In this document: positions 46,482 to 57,415 of the stretch, piece by piece
How positions within the stretch are numbered: the stretch's first letter is position 1
Layout of the letters: each line of letters opens with the position of its first letter
Assembly (NCBI GenBank): GCA_963700635.1
Contig: CAVOYH010000004.1
Span: forward strand, 512,001 to 576,000
From: an uncultured Bacteroidota bacterium
GTDB lineage: Bacteria > Bacteroidota > Ignavibacteria > UBA10030 > UBA6906
DNA: 64,000 nucleotides
Reading direction: 5' to 3'
The notes under the pieces: generated by a model
The model's database searches: none
Seen by the model: the letters and a program-made list of their open reading frames with translations, nothing else
What the model was told of the DNA's origin: nothing
Position numbers and translations under genes: made by a program

Positions 46482-49426
46482 AGGATCTTGATCGATATCA
46501 TAAATTCCTTCGTCGGGAGATTCTTCTTTTCAAACGCCAGCGCGTACCCGACGGAGAGAGTTGCCGAGAGATTCGAAAACATGACCAGTTTGAAATCAGC
46601 CTGGGCCCCTACATTCGAGACCACGCGGAAGAGAGAGGGGTTGTGGGGGTTCGCCAGGATTGATCCGCCGAAAAACGCAAGGCGGGTCCATGTGCAGTAC
46701 AATGCTGCAAAACCCAACCGTCTAAAACGAACCGGCGGCAGCGTCCATTCCGCCACACCTTTGATAAACGTCGTGCCCCCGACCGCGTTGAGCTTTGCCC
46801 CCGGGAAACTGTCAAACTCCCGGTACCTGCTGACTTCGCGGAAGTCCACGTAATTGTTGCCGAAACCTCCGAAGTAGAAATTCGAGAAGGGTTCGTCCTC
46901 GTCTTTGGGGGAATAGCCCCCTGCTGTCCTGAACCAGAGCGACGAATGGTTCCACGGGAGAGCGAACCCAAGATCGGCAGTCGCGTAGAACTGCGGAAAC
47001 CACACCGAACGAACGACGTAGGTAACGTTGCCGAGCGACAGCTGGATCCCTTTTTCGTAATCCACGGCTCCGAGAGAACGCAAACGGCGGAGATAGTCCA
47101 GGCTGCCGCTGAGCACGAAGAACTTGTCGTACGTCACGGCGATGTTCTGCGAATACGGTAATCGTTCCAGCCCCCAGAATGCACTCACGCTGAGCGAATA
47201 GTCGAGTGCGGAAGGACGATCATCCAGAATGTTGTCGTGGTACCCTACGGTGACGGAATTTCCCTTCCGGCTTCGTTTGGTCGGCCCGAAAAGATCATAA
47301 AAATCGGCGGAGTTGTATCCGGCCCGGATACTCCATTGCCAGTACGTGTAGCGCAGGGAAGCATGGAATCGTTCTGCCGGATCAAGCCCCTGATTCGGAG
47401 AATAGGAGGCCGTCATCTCGAAGTTGTGCATGAGCAGCGGATCAAAGAGGTTCGCCCTGGCGCCCCACGCCACCGTGTTCTTGTAACCCTGGCCGATGGG
47501 ATAGATTGATCCGAGCTGAATGTGTGCCAGGCCGCTGTAGTCGCCCGCGGAGACCGTAAGCGAATCGATGTTGATCCGTTGAGGAGAAGGAGGGGGAAGT
47601 ATCCAGTCCTTCACGACAGGATGCATGTCCACCACTGACTGCCCCAGATAGGAAATCGCATGGACATCATCACGGGTGGTGTTGGCGATCATGACAGGCA
47701 GGAATCCCCTGGCGGTGTACCGGAACGCCACAAGGGAGTCAGGAGATATCGGGACCGGCCGGAACAACCCTGTTTCGACGTTGGTGAGCCAGTCCATTTT
47801 GTTTTGGGCAATATCGTACCGAACGATGTTGCTCACACCGGTGTAAAATGTGGAGCCGAACAGGTACTTCCCGTCCGGCGAGTGCGTGAAGTTCAGAGGT
47901 GCGGTGTTCTCGAACTCATAGAGCACCGTATAGTCTACGTTCGCGCTGAGCAGGCTTGAAAGGGGGATCATGATGAGCGTGTGGCGTCCGGTGATCTCGG
48001 TCATGGAAGCAACAAGGGTCTCTCCGTCCGGCGAAATGTCCGGGTCGTACAGGTCGATGCCGTACTTGAAAGGAACAATTTCCTGGTATCCCTCATACGG
48101 GTACGGAACGCGCACCAGGCGCGAGATCCCATCGTGATGCTGGATGCCCCAGATGGATTTGTCGGTCTTGTTGTACGTGAGATCGCCGATGCGGGCGTTG
48201 GCCAGGAGGACCCTGTTCTTCCCGGTCCGGACATCCAGTGCGACGAGGTCTCGCCATCCCTTGGAGTTTTTGGTGGTGTAGTAAAGGGTACCGCTTGAAT
48301 CGTTGTAGATGGTCGAAGTCACATTGTACAACGAGGGAGTGGGTACGTCCGTAATCTTGCGGATGGAGCCATTATCAACATCAAGGGAAATGATGTGCGC
48401 CGTTTCTCCCGGAAAATTTACGCCCAGGTACAGTTGTCGCGTGCCGGCATCGAAGTGGGCGCGGGAGATGGCGCCCAGCGGCTCAACAACGAGAGGTCGA
48501 TCGTTGGTAAGCGGGTACATTCTGATGGAGTCGAGATTCGCCTTCTGCCAGCGATGCTCAAAGGTAATCCACTCAGACCAGACGTCATCCAGGTCCCGTC
48601 CGAAGACGTTTTCAAAATGCGACGCAAAGTAGGCACTGCTGGAATCGGAGCGGTCGAACCAGTCGATGACTCGCTGCGGTCCGAACTCCCTGCCCAGGTA
48701 GGTCACGAACCGCGTTCCGTAGAGATAGGAGTTGGCTCCGATCTGGAAGTCGATGGTTGTGCCTTCGGACTCGAGACCGACAAAGTCATAAAAATAGCTG
48801 TTTTCCCGGACCATAGTGCGGAACACCATCTCGTCATATCCGTTGATTGCGCGTCCGATTCCACCTGACATCCATGTTTCCATGAATGTGGCTATTCCTT
48901 CATGGTACCACCGCGGCGAGTACTTTCGTGGCGTCGTCAGATAGCTGTAAATCATGGACACGGGTTCCTCGGTAACAGGCAGAACCTTTCCAAAGAACAG
49001 GGTCCGGAAGAACCGGTCCGAGGCGGCGGCCTTGTCTGTGGCAACAATGTGGGCGAGTTCGTGGCTGATCACCCAATTGAACCGCTCATTCGTCGGTGAG
49101 GTTTCGTACGTGTATTCGTAAGGTGAGATGCCGAGGATCATGTAGTTACGGGGGATACTGGTGGCGCCCGCATATCCGTAATCGTCATAGTCCTGCAAAA
49201 AAACCAGCACGTCCTGGGATGGCGTGTAGTTAAACAGTTTCTGGTGAAAGGAGAGTGAATTCTGAAAGCTGCGTGTGAGATGCGGAACAATATAGTTGTG
49301 CGCCGGCGAGTAATACACAATGCGCATCTGCTCAGTGCGCAGGGTGTAAAAATCCACTCCGTAGCAGGTCGACGTTACCAGCGCACCGGCAAGAAAGGCA
49401 AGCAGGAGTAGTGGTTTTTTGGGCAT
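46478..49426 (-). CDS. Outer-membrane protein: gluzincin metallopeptidase, beta-propeller (PD40/WD40-like) and probable C-terminal beta-barrel
   Basis: Signal peptide; HELAH plus WYHEGIA third ligand; PDISPDG / THSPDG propeller repeats; alternating aromatic strands, FYFGGFGNNY, terminal strand EFMISIKIL. Confidence 0.75.
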   Translation of the reverse strand: MPKKPLLLLAFLAGALVTSTCYGVDFYTLRTEQMRIVYYSPAHNYIVPHLTRSFQNSLSFHQKLFNYTPSQDVLVFLQDYDDYGYAGATSIPRNYMILGISPYEYTYETSPTNERFNWVISHELAHIVATDKAAASDRFFRTLFFGKVLPVTEEPVSMIYSYLTTPRKYSPRWYHEGIATFMETWMSGGIGRAINGYDEMVFRTMVRENSYFYDFVGLESEGTTIDFQIGANSYLYGTRFVTYLGREFGPQRVIDWFDRSDSSSAYFASHFENVFGRDLDDVWSEWITFEHRWQKANLDSIRMYPLTNDRPLVVEPLGAISRAHFDAGTRQLYLGVNFPGETAHIISLDVDNGSIRKITDVPTPSLYNVTSTIYNDSSGTLYYTTKNSKGWRDLVALDVRTGKNRVLLANARIGDLTYNKTDKSIWGIQHHDGISRLVRVPYPYEGYQEIVPFKYGIDLYDPDISPDGETLVASMTEITGRHTLIMIPLSSLLSANVDYTVLYEFENTAPLNFTHSPDGKYLFGSTFYTGVSNIVRYDIAQNKMDWLTNVETGLFRPVPISPDSLVAFRYTARGFLPVMIANTTRDDVHAISYLGQSVVDMHPVVKDWILPPPSPQRINIDSLTVSAGDYSGLAHIQLGSIYPIGQGYKNTVAWGARANLFDPLLMHNFEMTASYSPNQGLDPAERFHASLRYTYWQWSIRAGYNSADFYDLFGPTKRSRKGNSVTVGYHDNILDDRPSALDYSLSVSAFWGLERLPYSQNIAVTYDKFFVLSGSLDYLRRLRSLGAVDYEKGIQLSLGNVTYVVRSVWFPQFYATADLGFALPWNHSSLWFRTAGGYSPKDEDEPFSNFYFGGFGNNYVDFREVSRYREFDSFPGAKLNAVGGTTFIKGVAEWTLPPVRFRRLGFAALYCTWTRLAFFGGSILANPHNPSLFRVVSNVGAQADFKLVMFSNLSATLSVGYALAFEKKNLPTKEFMISIKIL

Positions 49427-49530
49427 GCATCATCCGGAAGTATGAAGTATGATTGATGGACTGCCGCGTCGCTCCCGCAGGGATCGTTTCTGCATCTGGA
49501 GGGGCAAGCGAAAAAAGCCAATGAACAGCC

Positions 49531-49567
49531 AAAAAAAGCACGCGGAGGAGGGGTGAACCCTCCTCCG
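49531..49567 (-). terminator. Rho-independent terminator after the anti-sigma gene
   Basis: 10-bp stem CGGAGGAGGG/CCCTCCTCCG, followed on the minus strand by CGTGC and a T7 tract. Confidence 0.75.
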
Positions 49568-49596
49568 GATACGCGCCGTACTCTTACCCGGTTCTG

Positions 49597-50379
49597 TTAT
49601 TCAATAAATGCCGTAGTCGATACGAGCCTGGTCTTCATGCGGGAGATGTGCGTTTGCAAGGTCAGCCGCCCGGATGTGCTACGGTTCACCGTGAGCTCCA
49701 CGCGGGCATGCGTTCCCGCGCGGACAGTGACAATTCCCGGATCAACCGTGAGGCTGCCGGTGAATCCATCCAGAGGCCGGACCGTTTCAATTGCCCCCAA
49801 AGACGGATCAAACGTAAAAGCAGCGGAGCATGAGTCTGGACATGTCACGTCGAATCCGACGATGATCTGACTGTCCGTCGTCCGTGTGAAAAAATTACCC
49901 TGAACACCTTCCGCACTGAGCGGGGTGATCTTAAAACCCTCCATCCCATCCGTTCGCTCGTGATACACAATCGTCCCCGCGATTTCACCCTCCGAAACCT
50001 CCGGAACAAGGTAGAGCTGGGACGCCAGAATGAACCCGAGAATGCCGAACGCCATGCCGCCGGCAAAGGCAAGGGAAATCCGCAGTTTTCGCACGCGGAA
50101 GCTGTCGAACAGACCTTTTGAGGATGGGGAGTGGCGTACAGATCGGTTTTCGTGTTGTTCGATGCGTCGCATGACGCCGGGAAGCAGGGAAGGAGGAGCA
50201 ACGGCCTGGTCCGCAGAGGCAAGCGTGGCCTTGAGCGTGTGGAGATCCGCCTGCAAGGAACGTGCTTCTTCGCTTGCTGCAAGGATACTCTTCAGTTGTG
50301 CCGCCTCGGCAGGGAGCAGTGTGCCGTCCAACTCCTTGTTCAGTAATGTGATCATCTCAGATTTTCCCACTTGCACCAT
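49597..50379 (-). CDS. Membrane-bound anti-sigma factor
   Basis: Overlaps the sigma stop; LLNKELDGTLLPAEAAQLKSIL ASD-like helix without the ZAS Cys residues; single TM; beta-rich periplasmic domain. Confidence 0.82.
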   Translation of the reverse strand: MVQVGKSEMITLLNKELDGTLLPAEAAQLKSILAASEEARSLQADLHTLKATLASADQAVAPPSLLPGVMRRIEQHENRSVRHSPSSKGLFDSFRVRKLRISLAFAGGMAFGILGFILASQLYLVPEVSEGEIAGTIVYHERTDGMEGFKITPLSAEGVQGNFFTRTTDSQIIVGFDVTCPDSCSAAFTFDPSLGAIETVRPLDGFTGSLTVDPGIVTVRAGTHARVELTVNRSTSGRLTLQTHISRMKTRLVSTTAFIE

Positions 50380-50917
50380 ATCCTTTCCGCACCAAAGTTT
50401 CCCGAAGGAGCATCCGGGCCGAAAAAAGTCTCGACTTGACACGTTTTTCCGGAATGCTTAAAATTTGTCCTATTTCTTCATAGGAGAGTTCCTGAAAATG
50501 CCGCAGCACGATAACCGCCCGGTAGTCAACAGGGAGCTGGTAGACTGCATTCTGTACGGATGCAGCGACTTCAGATTCCTCATGAAGCTCTTCCGGTGAC
50601 AGGTCATTGGCGGGGAGATCAGGTGAAAGTGACTCACGTCGTTTTCCTCGTTTCAGAACATCAACAGCGTGATTCGTCAAGATTCGATACAACCAGCTGA
50701 AGAACCTGTAGCGAACATCGAACGAACCGAGGGCTTCATATGCCCTGACGAATGCTTCCTGCACTATCTCTTCTGCCTCATCGCGATCTGACATCATGCG
50801 GAGCGCGACATTGAACATCGGCGTCTGGTACTTCTTGACCAGCGCAGCGAAAGCATCACGATTGCCTTCGCGACTCTGCAGCACCAGTCTGAGGTCTTCG
50901 TCCTGTTGTTCTACCAT
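50357..50917 (-). CDS. ECF RNA polymerase sigma factor
   Basis: AFAALVKKY, EAEEIVQEAFVRAY, FFSWLYRILTN, LSYEEIGQIL, VKSRLFSAR. Confidence 0.95.
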   Translation of the reverse strand: MVEQQDEDLRLVLQSREGNRDAFAALVKKYQTPMFNVALRMMSDRDEAEEIVQEAFVRAYEALGSFDVRYRFFSWLYRILTNHAVDVLKRGKRRESLSPDLPANDLSPEELHEESEVAASVQNAVYQLPVDYRAVIVLRHFQELSYEEIGQILSIPEKRVKSRLFSARMLLRETLVRKGYGASGKI

Positions 50918-50949
50918 AATTACTGTGTACGGGTCAGAAAGTTGGCCGG
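50917..50949 (-). promoter_or_regulatory. Putative autoregulatory ECF sigma promoter, copy 2
   Basis: Minus strand CCGGCCAACTTTC-tgacccgtacac-AGTAATTA(TG); AAC-N16-AGTA architecture. Confidence 0.78.
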
Positions 50950-50953
50950 AAAA

Positions 50954-51241
50954 TCAGTCTTCAATGCGACAGACGAGGTCAAATCGGGCTATTTTGAATA
51001 CGTCACGGACCATTTTGTTCATCCGTGTGAGGATAAGGTCCTGCCCTGTAAGGCTTAGCCGCTTCTGGGTCTTAAGAAGAAGCCCCAGGCCGGCGCTGGA
51101 AATATACTCCAATCCCTCAAAATTGACCCTGCAGGTTTTTGTGATGCCATCCATAACGCGGGATGCTTCGTCGACCTGAGAAGCATCAAGACGGCCCACA
51201 AGAAGAACTTCTCCATTATCATCTATTGTGGTCGAAAACAT
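50954..51241 (-). CDS. STAS anti-sigma factor antagonist (RsbV-like)
   Basis: LVGRLDA, LEYISSAGLG (phospho-Ser), VRDVFKIARF. Confidence 0.92.
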   Translation of the reverse strand: MFSTTIDDNGEVLLVGRLDASQVDEASRVMDGITKTCRVNFEGLEYISSAGLGLLLKTQKRLSLTGQDLILTRMNKMVRDVFKIARFDLVCRIED

Positions 51242-51648
51242 CAGCTATTCTCCAGGATCTTCGTGAAAGTAATCGTGCTACATCTGTCGGCGTACGTATA
51301 TTCCAGTGAGTCCACCATCTCGCGAACCAGATGGACTCCCAGGCCGCCCGGTACCCGATCTTCAAGGGGAAGCGAGGTGTTTGCGGGTTCAGCACGTGTG
51401 ACGTCAAAGGGTTCGACGTCGCGGTCCACCATCGTCACGATCACCCTCTGATCTCGTTTTTCGAGGCGAATCCAAACATCCTGGACTCCCTCGGGGGCAT
51501 ACTTCACCATATTGGTGAAAAATTCTTCAACAGCGAGATTCAGCACGTATGCAGTCGATGGGTCGGCGGGAAAGGATGAGAGGCATTCTGCGACGAACGC
51601 AAAAATCTCCTCGAGTGAAACCATCTCTTTAGGAAAGGATCGCTCCAT
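51241..51648 (-). CDS. RsbW-like anti-sigma/serine kinase (HATPase_c_2)
   Basis: LAVEEFFTNMVKYA, DRDVEPFD, GGLGVHLV. Confidence 0.92.
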   Translation of the reverse strand: MERSFPKEMVSLEEIFAFVAECLSSFPADPSTAYVLNLAVEEFFTNMVKYAPEGVQDVWIRLEKRDQRVIVTMVDRDVEPFDVTRAEPANTSLPLEDRVPGGLGVHLVREMVDSLEYTYADRCSTITFTKILENS

Positions 51649-51713
51649 GAGGATTTGCTTGAGTGGGTCCGGGCATCCGGAGTTCGAAAGAGCTGATGCG
51701 GCGTTGGATACTT

Positions 51714-51742
51714 ACGATAACTTTTTTTTTGGCTTATGTCAA
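51714..51742 (-). promoter_or_regulatory. sigma70-like promoter of the rsbW-rsbV-sigma cluster with an A9 tract in the spacer
   Basis: Minus strand TTGACA-taagccAAAAAAAAAgt-TATCGT, 17-bp spacer. Confidence 0.6.
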
Positions 51743-51818
51743 CCCGAGCGGTGCCGGTCGTATGAGGCCTGCTCCGGTGGAGCGTTGATTCTTCCGGCGT
51801 ACTGTCGTATCTTGATGA

Positions 51819-53270
<1,452 letters not shown>

Positions 53271-53290
53271 GAGGAGATGGTCCGGTGTCG

Positions 53291-54688
53291 TTATTCCTTG
53301 CGCCGCCACGTCCAGTAGTAATAGAGAGGCAGCGAGAGCAGGAGAAGGACGATTCCGATCAGCGCGTTGCGTGTGTCCTCCACGAGCGTGTTGTACACGA
53401 ACCACCCCGCGAGCGCGACAAAGAGGAGCGTGACATAGGGATACGCCCACACTTTGTACGGCCGCTTTGCATCGGGCATCTTGCGGCGGAGCACGATGAC
53501 GCCGAGTGCGGTGAGCGCGTAGAAAAACCAGGACCCGAACACAACGTACGAAGTAATCTGATCGTACGAGCCGCTCATCGTCAGTATTGCCCCCCAGACT
53601 CCGAGTGTGATGATGGAAATGTAGGGGCTGCGATAGTGGGGATGAACTTTCCCGAACGCCTTGGCGATCGTGCCGTCGGTGCTGGCGGCGTACAATGATC
53701 GTGGTCCGGACATGAGCATGCCGTTCGTGGTCCCGAATGTCGACGCCATGATGCCGACGATGATGAGTGATACTCCCACCGGGCCCAGCACCGCGCCGGC
53801 GACATCCGCTGCAATCCGTGTTGAGCCGGCCATCTGGTCGATCGGGATCGCGTAGGCATACGCCAGGTTGGCTGCAAGATAGAGCACAATCACCGCAAGC
53901 GTGCCGAAGAGAAGGGAGAACGGGACGTTTCGTTCCGGGTTCCTGAACTCACCCGCCGTGAGGGTGACATCAATCCACCCGTCGTATGTCCACAAGGCCG
54001 AGATCATCGCCAGCCCGAAGGCGGCAGTCAGCTGGCCGCTCCACTCCGCCGGCCACCACGGCAGGAAATTCTCGCTGCTCCCTTTTCCAGAGAAGACCAC
54101 AGCAAGAATCAACCCGATGAGCGCGGCCACTTTTACGGTTGTGAAAAAGTTCATGACACGGCCGCCGAATCGGATTCCGCGGACATTGATAAATGTCACG
54201 AGCAGAATGGTCAGGATGGCAACAATCTGATTCCACCCGAACGCGAATTCCATGTGCTCGCCGAGGAACATGTACTGGCTCTGGTAGAATGCGTTCTCGG
54301 GGCTGACGGCCGGAATAAAGTAGCCGAGATACGTGGAAAACGCTATCGCGACTGCAGCGGCCGATCCCGCCTTGTTAATGAAGAAATCATTCCAGCTGAA
54401 CATGTAACCCCAGACGCGTCCAAAGCTGTGGCGGAGATAAACGTACGGTCCGCCGGTCTGCGGGAGAACGGAACTGAGTTCCGCAAGAGACAGGGCTCCA
54501 AACAATGACAGCAAGCCTGCGAAGATCCACACGATCATAATCGGACCCATGGCTTGCAGGTGCCCCGCGATCGTGGCAGGCACAAGGAAAATTCCGGAAC
54601 CGATTATCACGCCCATGTGAAGGGCGATCCCTTCCTTTAGTCCGAGGGCGCGGAGCAGTTGAGGCTGCTCCGGTTCATGCTGGCTCAA
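53291..54688 (-). CDS. APC-family amino acid permease
   Basis: GVIIGSGIF, ELSSVLPQTGGPY, LWTYDGW, EFRNPERN, RPYKVWAYP; probable TTG start after AGGAG. Confidence 0.92.
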   Translation of the reverse strand: MSQHEPEQPQLLRALGLKEGIALHMGVIIGSGIFLVPATIAGHLQAMGPIMIVWIFAGLLSLFGALSLAELSSVLPQTGGPYVYLRHSFGRVWGYMFSWNDFFINKAGSAAAVAIAFSTYLGYFIPAVSPENAFYQSQYMFLGEHMEFAFGWNQIVAILTILLVTFINVRGIRFGGRVMNFFTTVKVAALIGLILAVVFSGKGSSENFLPWWPAEWSGQLTAAFGLAMISALWTYDGWIDVTLTAGEFRNPERNVPFSLLFGTLAVIVLYLAANLAYAYAIPIDQMAGSTRIAADVAGAVLGPVGVSLIIVGIMASTFGTTNGMLMSGPRSLYAASTDGTIAKAFGKVHPHYRSPYISIITLGVWGAILTMSGSYDQITSYVVFGSWFFYALTALGVIVLRRKMPDAKRPYKVWAYPYVTLLFVALAGWFVYNTLVEDTRNALIGIVLLLLSLPLYYYWTWRRKE

Positions 54689-54792
54689 TGGCGGCTCCTG
54701 ACGTGTGGGGTTGTAGGTGGCTTCGCTGATCCGGAAAACATACGGGATTCCGTGGAAAAAGACAAGCAAAGTGGTCTGAGGTGCCCATTCAC

Positions 54793-56947
54793 TTATTTGA
54801 TCACGGCCATCCTTCGTGTCCGGACAAAATTCCCTGCAGTGAGTTTGTAGAGATACACACCGCTTGACAGACCTGCGGCATCAAAACGAACCTCGTAGCG
54901 CCCTGGCGCTTGATTCTCGTTCACCAGTAGTGCCACTTCGCGGCCAAGAAGATCAAAAACGGCGAGTCGCACCCATCCAGATTCCCCGCTTGAGATCCCG
55001 TACCCGATTGTCGTGCCCGGGTTGAAGGGATTGGGATAATTCTGGAGGAGGGAGTTTGACCGGGGGATACCAGGGCTGTCTTCAGAAATCCCCGTCACAT
55101 TCTGCGTGTGAATGACGATCTCACTCCACGCGACCCACGACGGGCTCACCGTAGAAAAGATTCTTATATAACGGTACGGAAGCAGGCCCGGCGGAGCTGT
55201 GTAGGTCAGCAGTTGACCCGATTCTGTAGGGCCATCGAACTCGGACAGAAGCACCAGCGAGTCCGAGGGATCACTGCCTCTCGCCCAGATTTGGTGGACG
55301 GTTCGACCTGCAGGATACTGATCGACAAGGAGATCAACACCCATAATCCGGGAATCCTTGAGAAGGTCCACCTGAATCCACTGGGGGGGATGGGTTCCTG
55401 CTGTCCACATGGTTGCGGGGTCGCCGTCAAAAGCCTGATCCGGCGTGAAACCCGGAATATATGCCGATGCCGAAACAAGGCCGGAGTCGGTCCTGAAGGA
55501 TCTTCACGGTCGGACAAAGGGAACCGTGTGAAGCCGTATCACAGTATTCAACTTCCCCGCCCACCATCGTGAGGTGAGTCCGGATGCCGAGAAGATCTTC
55601 GGGAACAGAAATCTCCAGGGGATTCTCCGAGACGATCACCAGGTCAGCCACTTTGCCCGGTACCAGACTCCCTTTGATGTTCTCTTCAAATGTCGCATAG
55701 GCGCCGTCCACGGTGAGCAGTCTCAGCGCGGTTTGGACCGACAGACGTTGAGAAAGCTCCCAGTTGGCATGGGCGCGATTCAAATACCCCTCGCGTGTGA
55801 TGGCCTGAAAGATGGCACGGAATGGAGAGTAATCACACGGCGTATCATTGAACGGAGCGTCGGTGCTGCCCGTGGTCCGCAATCCTTCTGCTACGGCACC
55901 ATCAAAGTCCTTCCAGCGCAGGCACCATTCGGGATGGGTGTTGCTGATGTACGTCTGGAACGTCGTCTGGTCAGGCCAGTCCGGCGGACCCATCAGTTGA
56001 AAGGAGGCAACAATACCCTTCTGCTTCATCCGGGTCAACTGATCGTCTGATACCTTGACGGCGTGTTCAATGCGGTGGCGGTGGTTGTCGTTGGATCCCG
56101 ACCCCAGAGCAAGTTCATAGGCGTTGAGGATCTTCTCGACAGCGCTCTGGTTTACTGCATGTGCGGCAATTTGCCATCCGCCGGTGTGGGCGAACTGAAC
56201 AAGCTGATTTACCTCTTCCTGTGTCATGATATCCGTAGTGCCGAATGGATCGTCAACGTACATCTTGACGCCCGGGACCCTGATCCGATTGGTAAAAGCG
56301 GTGCGAGGGGCGATCGCGGAGTCTGCGAGGATCTGGATCAGTGAAGGATCGGTAAGCGTTCCCCAGTACCCATTCACACGAACGGATAATTCACCTCGCG
56401 CATCCAGATCCACGGCGTTTTCGAGATGGTCGCGCACAAAATCAGGCCGGCCGAAATTTAATTCAGAGATGCTTGTCCACCCTTTTTCAGACAGCATGCG
56501 CATGATGCCTTCCAGTGACGGGTACGTTGTGTCGTTGGTGACCGAACAAATGTGTTGTCTCCAGCTGAACCAGTGGGTGTGCGAATCGTTAAAGCCGGGG
56601 AGCAGCGTGAGCCCGTGGAGGTCGACAACGCTCGCCCCGCATCCCGGCGCCAGCAGCGCCAGGATCTCCCCGTTTGAACCGACAGCCTGGATCGAGCCCG
56701 CCTTGATTGCGATGGCCTCTGCCCGCGGAAAGGCCGGGTCCATGGTAATAATGGTGCCATTATAGTAGATGATATCGGGGGAGACGTCGCAGGAACCCGG
56801 CGAGTTGGTTTGTGGTTGAGAACCGTAAAGTTGCGTCGTGATGAGTACAACACAGAAGATGAGTGGGAAGGAAACGTGTAACATGCCACGGTGATGTCGC
56901 CATGCAACGGTGACCGAATGAACTCTGCGCGCGGTGAAAGCTCTCAT
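54793..56947 (-). CDS. Secreted amidohydrolase_3 (YtcJ-like), discoidin F5/8 domain and T9SS C-terminal domain, with one frameshift near 55500
   Basis: PGFNDSHTH, KMYVD, AHAV, RIEHA, STDAP, KGSLVPGKVADLV; the shifted frame gives SASAY...QAFDGDPATMWTAG...QWIQVDL and QNYPNPFNP. Confidence 0.85.
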
Positions 56948-57415
56948 TGGACACCTCCCTGTTGCTTGTGATAAGAACGCGGCAAGCCAACAGCCAGGAT
57001 CCGGTTGCCGTACTCTATACTACCGGTTGAACGGGATAGATTCAAGTTTCTCCGCTGAGCCTGATGCTGTTTCACGACACCACATGAGCGACCGTTTTCC
57101 CGGGCGTCTTGCCCCTGCTTTCCGGCATTTTCTTGCATCGACATGTGGCTACCTACGGTCAGTCGGGGCCCGCCAGACATAAGCATATTTCCGGTTTCGG
57201 GAGGATTTCGACAGTTGCTCCAAAGGAAGTGTTCTGGCATGTCATTTGTACTAATATAGGTATTATATCATTCTGTGCGTCGGGCAGATCTGCACCGGCA
57301 CGAGGGGAAAGGTCCGTGAGTTCTGGGTTGTGCATTGCTGATCCGCAATACATGCCCGGATAGTCCCCGCGCCGTTTGCGCGCAGGATACGAACAGGAAC
57401 AACGAGGTGGTTGTT

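Noticed and set aside
10397-49496. Exact 17-bp match GGGATCGTTTCTGCATC at about 10397 and 49480
   Set aside because: One such match is plausible by chance in 64 kb; the contexts are unrelated and the match does not extend
57122-57139. GGCATTTTCTTGC as a sigma54 promoter
   Set aside because: GG-N9-GC spacing is one base short of the strict requirement
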